Shown here: in pieces, positions 46,368 through 54,781 of the stretch
How the letters are laid out: every line of letters begins with the position of its first letter
How positions within the stretch are numbered: the first letter of the stretch is position 1
Assembly (NCBI GenBank): GCA_964394405.1
Contig: CAYMVY010000002.1
Span: forward strand, 192,092 to 256,091
Length of the DNA stretch: 64,000 bases
Source of the DNA: an uncultured Gammaproteobacteria bacterium
Lineage (GTDB): Bacteria; Patescibacteriota; Patescibacteriia; Magasanikbacterales; UBA922
Reading direction: 5' to 3'
The notes under the pieces: model-generated
Seen by the model: only the letters and a program-made list of their open reading frames with translations
What the model was told of the DNA's origin: nothing
Database searches by the model: none
Program-made: the position numbers and the translations under genes

Positions 46368-46847
46368 TTATTGATTGAGTATCCAGATTGCTCCATTCAG
46401 CACACTTGCAAATGACACCCAGAGAAGATATGGAATGAGGAGATATGCTGCAATTTTTTTAATCCGATAAAACACAAAAATGTTCCAGATAATGGTGCAC
46501 CAGAGTGTCAGTATGACTACAAACCCCGCACCCGCTGCTTCCAGTCCGAAAAATACTGGTGTCCAGAGTGCATTCAAGGCAAGCTGGAGAAAAAATACAC
46601 TGAGTGCCCGACTCCGCTCCTTACTTTTTTTCATTTCCCACACGAGAAACAAGGAGATTCCCATAAGTGCGTAGAGTATTGTCCATACAGGTCCAAAGAG
46701 CCAATTGGGTGGCGCAAACGACGGACGGATGAGTTCGGTTAGATACCATGATTGTATTTTCGAACCTGTAAAAAAGGTACCGAGAATTCCTGCTGCTTCA
46801 CAGAGGATAATTGCACCAATACATCGAAGTGTTTTATTCATATACAT
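46368..46847 (-). CDS. tspO: TspO/MBR family tryptophan-rich sensory protein
   Basis: 5 TM helices; FGPVWTILYALMGISLFLVW and Trp-rich loops. Confidence 0.75.
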   Translation of the reverse strand: MYMNKTLRCIGAIILCEAAGILGTFFTGSKIQSWYLTELIRPSFAPPNWLFGPVWTILYALMGISLFLVWEMKKSKERSRALSVFFLQLALNALWTPVFFGLEAAGAGFVVILTLWCTIIWNIFVFYRIKKIAAYLLIPYLLWVSFASVLNGAIWILNQ

Positions 46848-46884
46848 AATTTATGGTACCTGGCCCTGGCCAGGATACTACCCC

Positions 46885-47544
46885 CTATTTGAATACTACT
46901 GTTTGATAGATCTGATCAACGACACTGTCGAGGTCAAAAAATTTAGCTTCTGATACACACTCTTCCTGTTTTGCTCCTGTATATTGTGTACACGCAGGTG
47001 TCCGCACACTTAGTTGGAATACCACTACCCCATCCCCGCTCTTAGTCACATATCCGTAGTCTTGTACCTCTTTTTCATTTAGTGAGTTTGATATTGTCCT
47101 ACAATATTCACGTCCACCTACGATTCTTTTTTCTGTTTTTCCATTTGCCTGTGTCTCAAATCCACCTTCCACACACGTGTATACAGACATCGTACTTTTT
47201 TCAATCACTGGTGGCCAATAGGTCGGATGTACATATGTTGTACCAAAATCAGTAGGATACTTGAATGTGAGATCATTGGAGGTATATGTCTGCCAGGTAT
47301 CCATTCCTTCTGCCGGAGGTACTGCACCTTCTCCTGGACATGCTTCGAATTCACACTTGGGTCCAGTGCGGCCCACATATGATCCATCTGGACAGAGTTT
47401 TGCGTCCATAGTACATACCACTGTTCCGCCATCGGTGATCATATCCTCGGTGTTTTCTTTAGTTGTATTTTTGTACCAGAAAAACCCGATACAAATAACT
47501 ATAACCGCAATAATAATCATGAGTAGTGCTGATGTTTTATTCAT
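46885..47544 (-). CDS. Cys-rich secreted/membrane-anchored protein, paralog A
   Basis: N-terminal anchor; shared block CTMDAKLCPDGSYVGRTGPKCEFEACPG; 8 Cys. Confidence 0.5.
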   Translation of the reverse strand: MNKTSALLMIIIAVIVICIGFFWYKNTTKENTEDMITDGGTVVCTMDAKLCPDGSYVGRTGPKCEFEACPGEGAVPPAEGMDTWQTYTSNDLTFKYPTDFGTTYVHPTYWPPVIEKSTMSVYTCVEGGFETQANGKTEKRIVGGREYCRTISNSLNEKEVQDYGYVTKSGDGVVVFQLSVRTPACTQYTGAKQEECVSEAKFFDLDSVVDQIYQTVVFK

Positions 47545-47554
47545 AAACGACTAC

Positions 47555-48310
47555 TTAGTTCGTCTGCATACCAAGCGTGAACGCATTCCAATTGTAGGTA
47601 GTGAATATCTGATCTACAAACCGATCAATACTAAATATTGCTCGCTCTGCTTCACATGTTTTTCTCTCTGTCTCATTGTAATTCGCGCATTGTGATTGTT
47701 GCACTTCGAATTTGAAGGTGACTGTTCCTTTTTCATACGCGGTCACATATGTGTAGGTATTATAGGTACTCCCTGCAGCACCCTCACTCTGTGTTGTTAC
47801 ACAATATTCTTGTCTACCGACAGTATGTTTTTCTGTTTTTCCACTTACTACCACACTCTCATCGGTGCCTGCAAGATTACATGCATACGGGGTAGCAGAA
47901 GAAATAGTAACAAACGCCTTATCAGTACTACGCATGTATTTGGTAGGCAACATATCAATATAGAGGAAAGATTTTGCTTGCTCACCATCGATGGCTACGC
48001 CCCATGCAATTTTATTTTCTCCACCAATGCTCGTTGGACATGCTTCGAATTCACACTTGGGTCCAGTACGTCCTACATACGATCCATCGGGACACATCAT
48101 CGTATCCATCGTACATGCCACTGGCTCGGTCGTCGTAGTATTCACGACCACAACGGTTGGAGGTGCTGAGGGACCATAGAGAACTTTGTCGTAGACGATG
48201 TAGCCGAGTGCTCCAATAAGTGCAAGAATGATGACAACAAGTAGTGCTTTCATATGTACGGTGCTTAAGAGTGATAGTCCTAGTGTAGCACGGTATACCA
48301 TTGTTGTCAT
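47555..48310 (-). CDS. Cys-rich secreted/membrane-anchored protein, paralog B
   Basis: shared block CTMDTMMCPDGSYVGRTGPKCEFEACP; the true start is possibly the internal MKALLVVIIL (about 48253). Confidence 0.5.
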   Translation of the reverse strand: MTTMVYRATLGLSLLSTVHMKALLVVIILALIGALGYIVYDKVLYGPSAPPTVVVVNTTTTEPVACTMDTMMCPDGSYVGRTGPKCEFEACPTSIGGENKIAWGVAIDGEQAKSFLYIDMLPTKYMRSTDKAFVTISSATPYACNLAGTDESVVVSGKTEKHTVGRQEYCVTTQSEGAAGSTYNTYTYVTAYEKGTVTFKFEVQQSQCANYNETERKTCEAERAIFSIDRFVDQIFTTYNWNAFTLGMQTN

Positions 48311-48322
48311 TCTATCTCCCTC

Positions 48323-48724
48323 TTATACGTCATCAATCATTCTCCGCCCCCGCTTCTTTTCGCCTGTTATTTTCTTTGCCGTGAGCCGTCGTTCTTTTGA
48401 GGCATATGTCCGTCTCGTTGGACGGCGGATCTTCTTTGGTTTCAAGGCTGCACCCACGAGCGCGTGTAGTTTTGCTATAGCGACTTCCCTATTCTGGGCT
48501 TGTGATCGCTCTTCTTGTACATCGATCATGAGCTCATCATCCATATTGATGCGATTCTCGAGCTGGCTTCGCACGATTTCTTTTTCTTCGTACGTTAAAA
48601 CAGTGGACGCGCCAATATTCCAACGAAGTTGCACTTTGGTGGCAACTTTGTTGACATTCTGCCCACCTGGACCGCCGGAGCGTGCAGTGTCGATCGTGAA
48701 TTCTGATTCGGGGATTCGAAGCAT
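48323..48724 (-). CDS. arfB: alternative ribosome-rescue factor ArfB (peptidyl-tRNA hydrolase, GGQ family)
   Basis: GGPGGQNVNKVATKV GGQ motif; basic C-terminal tail; 133 aa. Confidence 0.8.
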   Translation of the reverse strand: MLRIPESEFTIDTARSGGPGGQNVNKVATKVQLRWNIGASTVLTYEEKEIVRSQLENRINMDDELMIDVQEERSQAQNREVAIAKLHALVGAALKPKKIRRPTRRTYASKERRLTAKKITGEKKRGRRMIDDV

Positions 48725-48733
48725 ATAACTTTA

Positions 48734-48833
48734 TTGACAGTGATAATGACGTGTGTTATAATTTATACAGTTTTGGTTTCCAGCATAGTGCTGGTAGCTC
48801 CGCTCCTCGCTTCGGCGAGGAGCTGTTTTTTTA
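48734..48833 (+). ncRNA. candidate small RNA (about 65 nt) defined by a perfect consensus promoter and an intrinsic terminator
   Basis: TTGACA-17bp-TATAAT at 48734-48762; transcript carries a CCAGCA-tag-TGCTGG hairpin and a GCTCCTCGC-UUCG-GCGAGGAGC hairpin followed by T7; no ORF. Confidence 0.4.
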
Positions 48834-49244
48834 TTCAAATTGTTTGAGAAATTCAGACCTAATATTCATGAACTGTTCATGATTCAGTTTTGTCTTTTTA
48901 CGTAACAATCGTTTTGCACTAATTACTCTGCCTTGCGTAATATTGACACTACGCAACTCTCCATCAAGGGTAACATATACTTGATACCACGGTCTTTCTT
49001 TTTTTATTTTAGTGCTTAACGGAAGAATAAAGCACATATCCGACGAATATTTTTTGAGCACGACTATTGGTCGCTCAAATAGTTCATTTTTTCCATCTAT
49101 TTCGTATCCTATATTTTTCCCTAATGCTGCCCACCAAATTTCTTTTTCACGAAAATATTTCTCTTTTTCAGAAGATTCAACATGATGTCTAATCTTCTTT
49201 TTTGTCCACGCAACAAAAACCTGCGCGATTTTCTGAACATCCAT
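48831..49244 (-). CDS. PemK/MazF-like family protein (putative endoribonuclease toxin fold)
   Basis: EIWWAALGKNIGYEIDGKNELFERPIVVLK resembles the MazF/PemK N-terminal consensus; no adjacent antitoxin ORF. Confidence 0.4.
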   Translation of the reverse strand: MDVQKIAQVFVAWTKKKIRHHVESSEKEKYFREKEIWWAALGKNIGYEIDGKNELFERPIVVLKKYSSDMCFILPLSTKIKKERPWYQVYVTLDGELRSVNITQGRVISAKRLLRKKTKLNHEQFMNIRSEFLKQFE

Positions 49245-49286
49245 ATACCCTCCTTTTATATGAATTAATTATTGTAAACGATCTAT

Positions 49287-49745
49287 TTATTTTTCCGCAA
49301 TTTCTTTCACCTTCTCGAGCGCTTTTGGCCATATATCAGCAAACATTTCTGAGTACTCTTCATTTGTATCAATATCGACGATTACCTGCGTACCCCCGTC
49401 GCGGCTAACAAATGTATAATTCTCAAACGCTGGTGTCCATTTCTTCACCTCGTCACTCGTCGTGTCTTCTACTCCATCGTTAATCATTCCATAGTGCTCG
49501 AGGGAAATAAATTCATAGGGACGGTTCTCGGCAACATGACTCAACATGCCACCGATTTTTGACGGATCAGCAGGATTGGGCCCTAGGAATCTGATGTTTG
49601 AGCCCTGATTCCAATCACCTTCAAACCATCCGCCATGTTCATTGAACGGGAGTGTCCATTGGCGATAGGTGGCGTCCTGAATCATCGTATTCCAGACTTT
49701 TTCTGGTGATGCTGCAATAAATTTTTCAAAATGTAATTTTTTCAT
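49287..49745 (-). CDS. SRPBCC (AHSA1/START-like) domain protein
   Basis: 152 aa; EKVWNTMIQDATYRQW N-terminal motif. Confidence 0.65.
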   Translation of the reverse strand: MKKLHFEKFIAASPEKVWNTMIQDATYRQWTLPFNEHGGWFEGDWNQGSNIRFLGPNPADPSKIGGMLSHVAENRPYEFISLEHYGMINDGVEDTTSDEVKKWTPAFENYTFVSRDGGTQVIVDIDTNEEYSEMFADIWPKALEKVKEIAEK

Positions 49746-49829
49746 AAAATTTAGTTACATACGAATTACTAATCCCGACGTACGTCGGGACGAATTTACG
49801 AATTAAATCATTTAGAATAATTAGGTTAA

Positions 49830-50225
49830 TTAGAATAATTTCTCAAGCTTTCCTTTTCTTTTCACAATATTTTTGTAATCCCACTGAATTGTCTTTGACT
49901 TCTTGAGCCAGCGTTTGAGTTCACTCACTTTAATCTCCTCAGCTGAATTGTAGAATATTGACGCGTCTTTGAATTTCCCAGTGCCCTTCTCTAGACCTGC
50001 TTCATCAAAATCAGCACCGCTCCAGAACATGAGTCGAATTCCCTTTTTCTGCTTACTATACCCGACTATGGGATTGCCATCGAGAAACCAGACTGGATGT
50101 CTGTGCCAGACTTTATTCTCAGATTTCGGAAGACCTTTGATAATCTCACTAGCCAATGCATTGCAGATTTTCTTGTCTTCTTTCCCTAGTGCTTTGTTGT
50201 ACGTGGTAATGTCTTTGTGTAGCAT
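49830..50225 (-). CDS. DUF1801 (YdhG-like) domain protein
   Basis: start moved to MLHKDITTYNKAL; DUF1801-like core KVWHRHPVWFLDGNPIVGYS; the ORF-track N-terminal extension overlaps another small ORF. Confidence 0.5.
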   Translation of the reverse strand: MLHKDITTYNKALGKEDKKICNALASEIIKGLPKSENKVWHRHPVWFLDGNPIVGYSKQKKGIRLMFWSGADFDEAGLEKGTGKFKDASIFYNSAEEIKVSELKRWLKKSKTIQWDYKNIVKRKGKLEKLF

Positions 50226-50263
50226 AAAAAACTTAAAATAGGCTATAGTATTAGTATAGCATA

Positions 50264-50404
50264 TTATTTTTTCTTTCGAGGTGAAGGCTTCTTTTTCTTG
50301 TAATATCCTGGCCAACATTTGGGGCAGACTGGTAACTCGCTCGAGCGAGTGTATGTGTGGCCGCGGGAGCAGGTTTTTTTGGTGGGGTTGTGGAGGTTGG
50401 ACAT
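50264..50404 (-). CDS. possible small zinc-ribbon protein (46 aa; weak resemblance to ribosomal protein L31)
   Basis: hand translation MSNLHNPTKKTCSRGHTYTRSSELPVCPKCWPGYYKKKKPSPRKKK*; C/H-x..-CPKC; no SD. Confidence 0.25.
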   Translation of the reverse strand: MSNLHNPTKKTCSRGHTYTRSSELPVCPKCWPGYYKKKKPSPRKKK

Positions 50405-50479
50405 AGTTATTTTTTAGCAAATTTATTTACAGTTTTTCTAGGTATAGATAGTTTAAAATATATGTATAATATAACTTCT

Positions 50480-51379
50480 TTACTCTTCATCAAAAAAATC
50501 ATTGTCCATTTCCTTTATACTATATTGTATTTTTATTTGAACACCAACTTCATATTTAATCATCAAATCAGCAAGCTGTTCACCGTCGATTAAAATTATT
50601 TTATGGTTAAAAGCACTTTTTGCTTTATGTATTGCAGAATCATCAAAAATCGAAGTTGTTACAAATATACCTTTACTCACATCACCACTCATTGCTCCAA
50701 TAAAATTTCTAATATCCGGTTCCCTAACTTTATTTTTTTCATTATATCTTTTTGCCTGGATATAAATTTTCTCAAGACCTAATTTGTCTTGACTTATAAT
50801 ACCATCTATTCCACCATCTCCAGATTTTGGTGTTTCTTGAAAATCACCATACCCCATTTTTTGAAATAAAATTAAAACAACTTTCTGAAAAAAATAAGGA
50901 TTAGTGTTGTGCAATTTTTCAAGTAAGTCACTTTTTAAAGTTTCTTGAATATCTCTAAAACCAATATCAATCATGTCTTGTGGAGAAAATTTCTCCGAAA
51001 CTGCTTTACCTATTTCCTCTTTTGTTTTTTCACCTCCTCCAGATTTAAAAGCGACAAAAGATGGGTACTTAAATAAAAATTCCACATCAACACTCGCTAA
51101 ATTTAAGGAAAGAACTTTTTGACCCTCTTTGGTAATTTTTATCTTTCCTCTTTCAGGCTGTTCGACAAGTCCCGCTTTTTTTAAATATGTCCTGCCCCAT
51201 GATACCCTATCAAAAAACCTACTATAACCATTTGATACCGTCTCCTTTTTTTCGTCTTCAGTTAAATTAAAATATTCTTTTTCTAAAATATCTGAAACAT
51301 CTTTAATAGTCCTCATCTGTTCATCACCTAAAACTTTCAATATAGGTAACATTGTCTCATCGAATTTTGGAATTGCCAT
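50480..51379 (-). CDS. mrr: Mrr-family type IV (modification-dependent) restriction endonuclease
   Basis: N-terminal Mrr_N winged helix (MAIPKFDETMLPIL); C-terminal PD-(D/E)xK core GDGGIDGI...QAKRY. Confidence 0.8.
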   Translation of the reverse strand: MAIPKFDETMLPILKVLGDEQMRTIKDVSDILEKEYFNLTEDEKKETVSNGYSRFFDRVSWGRTYLKKAGLVEQPERGKIKITKEGQKVLSLNLASVDVEFLFKYPSFVAFKSGGGEKTKEEIGKAVSEKFSPQDMIDIGFRDIQETLKSDLLEKLHNTNPYFFQKVVLILFQKMGYGDFQETPKSGDGGIDGIISQDKLGLEKIYIQAKRYNEKNKVREPDIRNFIGAMSGDVSKGIFVTTSIFDDSAIHKAKSAFNHKIILIDGEQLADLMIKYEVGVQIKIQYSIKEMDNDFFDEE

Positions 51380-51395
51380 ATCTTTTGTTTTATTT

Positions 51396-52166
51396 CTAAT
51401 TTATTTTCTGAAAAATAAATAAATGTTCGTGCATAATCAAAAGGAAATTGTTTTCTTTTGATCTTTTTACCCAAAAACCTGTTGCCTTGCAATTAAACTG
51501 TCGCTTGATGATATCTTCTTTCAGCGCAAAACCTGTCTGCAAACACTTATCCATTATTTTATATGCAAGCGGCTGATACATCTTGTTGCGTCTCGTATCC
51601 CCCATAAGAATTGCGCAATATTTTCCCTTTTTCAGCACACGAAACAATTCTTTTACTACTTTTCCCATTTCTTCTACAAAAAGTTCAATATCATGGATAT
51701 TAGACAGATCGTCCTCTAGTTTTCCTTCACTGTATTTCACAATATCAGCGTATGGCGGATGTGTGAGTACGAAATCAATCTCTTCATCTTTGATAAAATG
51801 CAAATTTCGAGCATCGCATTTCTTTATCCGCTGTTTTGCTTTATTATCAACCTCAAAATTCAGTGCATTTTTTGTGCGCTCGAGTGCTTCTTCATTCACA
51901 TCAACACAAGTGATATGGCGATTCAATATTTTTGCCTCAATCGCTGTGGTACCACCACCAATCATGCAATCAAGTAAATGATCACCCTCTTTGGAATATC
52001 GCAAAATCAAATTCCGAGCAACCTCTGGTGCCCAGTTTCCACGCCAATCTGATTTGTGTGTTGCCCAGTTTCCACGACGAGGAAATGCCCAAACAGTTGT
52101 GCATTCTAGTTCAAAATTATCTGGGTGAAGTTTTACCTCCTTTATTTTCTGCATTTTCATTACCAA
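51396..52166 (-). CDS. DNA methyltransferase, N4/N6 family (DpnA-like second methylase; 256 aa)
   Basis: SAM motif LLDCMIGGGTTAIEA and catalytic THPPY; 7-nt overlap with the upstream REase gene; length equals S. pneumoniae DpnA (256 aa), figure quoted from memory. Confidence 0.7.
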   Translation of the reverse strand: MVMKMQKIKEVKLHPDNFELECTTVWAFPRRGNWATHKSDWRGNWAPEVARNLILRYSKEGDHLLDCMIGGGTTAIEAKILNRHITCVDVNEEALERTKNALNFEVDNKAKQRIKKCDARNLHFIKDEEIDFVLTHPPYADIVKYSEGKLEDDLSNIHDIELFVEEMGKVVKELFRVLKKGKYCAILMGDTRRNKMYQPLAYKIMDKCLQTGFALKEDIIKRQFNCKATGFWVKRSKENNFLLIMHEHLFIFQKIN

Positions 52167-53026
52167 TTTAATTTACTAAGAACACCATTTTCCACCATAT
52201 TCAAGTTAAACACATACTCATTATGATTATAAGTTTCTTCTAGTGGTCTTTTCGCTGTTTTCCAACCCAATCCATCTGTTATCCATACAAAATCAATATC
52301 TTGAGATTTGAGTTCAGTATATAAATCTCTAAATTCTCCAGCAACTGCTTTTAGTTTTGATCCTCCTCCGTTATAAAAATTAACTTCAAATAATTTCAAC
52401 TTCTTGCTCGAAGGATTAAAGACAGCAAAATCAAAACTTCTCTCAGATTTGTTAACCCGAACATCAATGCCCCACTTATTCCTAATATCTGTTGCTCTAG
52501 ATTGTCTTAAATATTCAAGATTATTTTGTTCACAAAGATTTTCTATATGAGCCTCCACTATTTTTTCCATAAGACTTCCTCCTCGATTTTTTCTACCATT
52601 ACTATCCAGACCAACTTCGACACCAATGACGTAATCAACTAAATTCTTTATTCCCTCTTTTTTAAATAAATTAACCAAACCTGTTTTTTCAAGAAAATTA
52701 AAATACTTTTCCGAAGCACTATCACCCACTTCAGGATTACGGAAATTAAGGAGCTCAACACTACCGTCACTCAAATTAAATATTTCTAATTCTTTTTCAC
52801 GAACTGCTAGTAACACAGGTAATGCTTTTACAATATCAGGATTACTCACAAATAACTTTTTAAACTGTGATTTTAAATCCTCTTTTCCCAAGAGATAATT
52901 CAACTTATTGAGAATAATTTCAAGTTCCGCACCTCCTGCAAAAACTTTCTCCCAATTTACAAAATAATCCCAAGTTTTAATTGAATTTTTAAGCGTAGCT
53001 ATTAAATTTTGAAAATCCATCTTCAT
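52160..53026 (-). CDS. DpnII/MboI-family type II restriction endonuclease (GATC), 288 aa
   Basis: length and gene context (between the Dam-like and the second MTase, as in the dpnM-dpnA-dpnB cassette); the DpnII family is assigned from memory of the family, not by a search. Confidence 0.55.
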   Translation of the reverse strand: MKMDFQNLIATLKNSIKTWDYFVNWEKVFAGGAELEIILNKLNYLLGKEDLKSQFKKLFVSNPDIVKALPVLLAVREKELEIFNLSDGSVELLNFRNPEVGDSASEKYFNFLEKTGLVNLFKKEGIKNLVDYVIGVEVGLDSNGRKNRGGSLMEKIVEAHIENLCEQNNLEYLRQSRATDIRNKWGIDVRVNKSERSFDFAVFNPSSKKLKLFEVNFYNGGGSKLKAVAGEFRDLYTELKSQDIDFVWITDGLGWKTAKRPLEETYNHNEYVFNLNMVENGVLSKLNW

Positions 53027-53029
53027 ACG

Positions 53030-54778
53030 TTAAAACATTTTAATTTGTTTGAATATTTTTTCACCTAAATCACCACCTCTTTTTTTAATTGCCACTTCCG
53101 GATTATCTACAAAAATATTTCTGTATTCACCTAGATCTCGATTAAATTTAAATTTTGATTTTGAATAAATATTTTCAATTTTCTTATCTAATATATCGTT
53201 ACCGGCATCATTATTATCCTGTTCATGCAGTAACGTTAAATTACCAATTTTATTTACAAATCCAGCAACCTGTTCTTTGGTGAACCCCCATTTTACTGGG
53301 TTCTGTGGGAGAATGTGTTCAATATTTGGATCTAAGATAGCTATCCCTCTATCACTAAAATCATAATTCCTCATTACTTCTGTAAGCAGATAATCAATTA
53401 ACTTCGAATCAGACCCATACTCTAGATTATTAGAAAAATTTTTCACAAATTCGTCCATTTTATTCACTAAAGAGAATAATGTTTTAAATTTTTTTCCAAC
53501 TTCTCGCTGATAATCTACTCCGCTATAACGTGTTGCACTCTCACATATAGAAGCAAATATCTTTTCATAATCAGATGGATTAACACTTACAAATTTAGCC
53601 AGTATGGCAAAATTAAGAAGTCTAACAACATCCTCACGGAAATTCCCGGTCTTATAACTTGAATCGTTTAGTTTTTTACTATACAGAGCAAGTAAAACTT
53701 CAAATACTTGCTCTAGTCCGTTTAGATGCCTAAACACTCTTATTATTCTCTTTGTCTTTTCATCTTTTTTTAATAAAGATAAATTTCCATCATAATCTTC
53801 AAATCGAAATCCTATATATATTTGAGCATCCTGGAGTAGTTCTTTCGTGAATTTCAAAACATCATTACCTGATTTTCGCTCAATTTTTTCTTTTTTAATA
53901 ATTTTAAAAAGTCTAGAACTGGAAATAAGCCCATTTCTGGAAATCCAGTAGTGTCTTAGAAATTTCGGAAAAAGAACGGTCTTTGTATTCTCGAATAGAG
54001 ATTCAATTTGACTCCAATTTATTTCAATACTCTCTCGTATACTCCTTGTTTGTGTTGATTTTAATACAGCATTTTTTAATAGATCTGCAACCGAAAGACC
54101 CAAGCCAGTAGAGTTCAGTCCTTCAAAAAGATCATACACGTCATTTTCTGATCTTACAACAATAGCAATAAATTGTACCGATAATATCTTTTGGATCAAT
54201 TTATCTACCTCATCTTCTTTTTTATCTTTTATCTCTTTTTTCACCAAAGTAACAATATATCTAAGATTAGACAGGTATTTAGATTGATTATCATCAAGTT
54301 TTCCATCGAATTTGTCTAAACCAATAACATCTGGGCTTTCTATTAAATTCTGATATATCTCAATTAAATTTTCCTTTCCTGGAATAAGACGGGGATGTTT
54401 CTGTTGTGTTCTAGGGTTTCTCCAATATAAATAGTCATCAACAAGATTAATTAATTCCTTGATAGAGTTAGTAATATATTTCTCCTCATATTGAGAGAAG
54501 ATATATTTAAAAGCAATCAAAAATAAAGAGATTGTTGTTAATCTTTGTTGTCCATCAACAATGACCAGACTATCATCTGACTCTTCAGATGGCTCAAGAC
54601 AGACAAGGTTACCTATAAAGTACCCGTCCTCAGCCTCCACCAGAACTTCCCATAGTTCTCCCACATGAGAAGTCTTCCATGCATATGGTCTTTGGTTATG
54701 GGGCATGGAGAACTTTTTATAAGTATCACAAAGTGTTGAGTAAGTATAGGGTTTAGTATCAACAAAATTATTTATCAT
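53030..54778 (-). CDS. GmrSD/BrxU/SspE-like DUF262 + DUF1524 protein (ParB-like NTPase/nuclease plus His-Me finger)
   Basis: N-terminal DUF262 DGQQR motif (IVDGQQRLTT); C-terminal DUF1524 HxxP (IEHILPQNP). Confidence 0.8.
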   Translation of the reverse strand: MINNFVDTKPYTYSTLCDTYKKFSMPHNQRPYAWKTSHVGELWEVLVEAEDGYFIGNLVCLEPSEESDDSLVIVDGQQRLTTISLFLIAFKYIFSQYEEKYITNSIKELINLVDDYLYWRNPRTQQKHPRLIPGKENLIEIYQNLIESPDVIGLDKFDGKLDDNQSKYLSNLRYIVTLVKKEIKDKKEDEVDKLIQKILSVQFIAIVVRSENDVYDLFEGLNSTGLGLSVADLLKNAVLKSTQTRSIRESIEINWSQIESLFENTKTVLFPKFLRHYWISRNGLISSSRLFKIIKKEKIERKSGNDVLKFTKELLQDAQIYIGFRFEDYDGNLSLLKKDEKTKRIIRVFRHLNGLEQVFEVLLALYSKKLNDSSYKTGNFREDVVRLLNFAILAKFVSVNPSDYEKIFASICESATRYSGVDYQREVGKKFKTLFSLVNKMDEFVKNFSNNLEYGSDSKLIDYLLTEVMRNYDFSDRGIAILDPNIEHILPQNPVKWGFTKEQVAGFVNKIGNLTLLHEQDNNDAGNDILDKKIENIYSKSKFKFNRDLGEYRNIFVDNPEVAIKKRGGDLGEKIFKQIKMF

Positions 54779-54781
54779 ACT

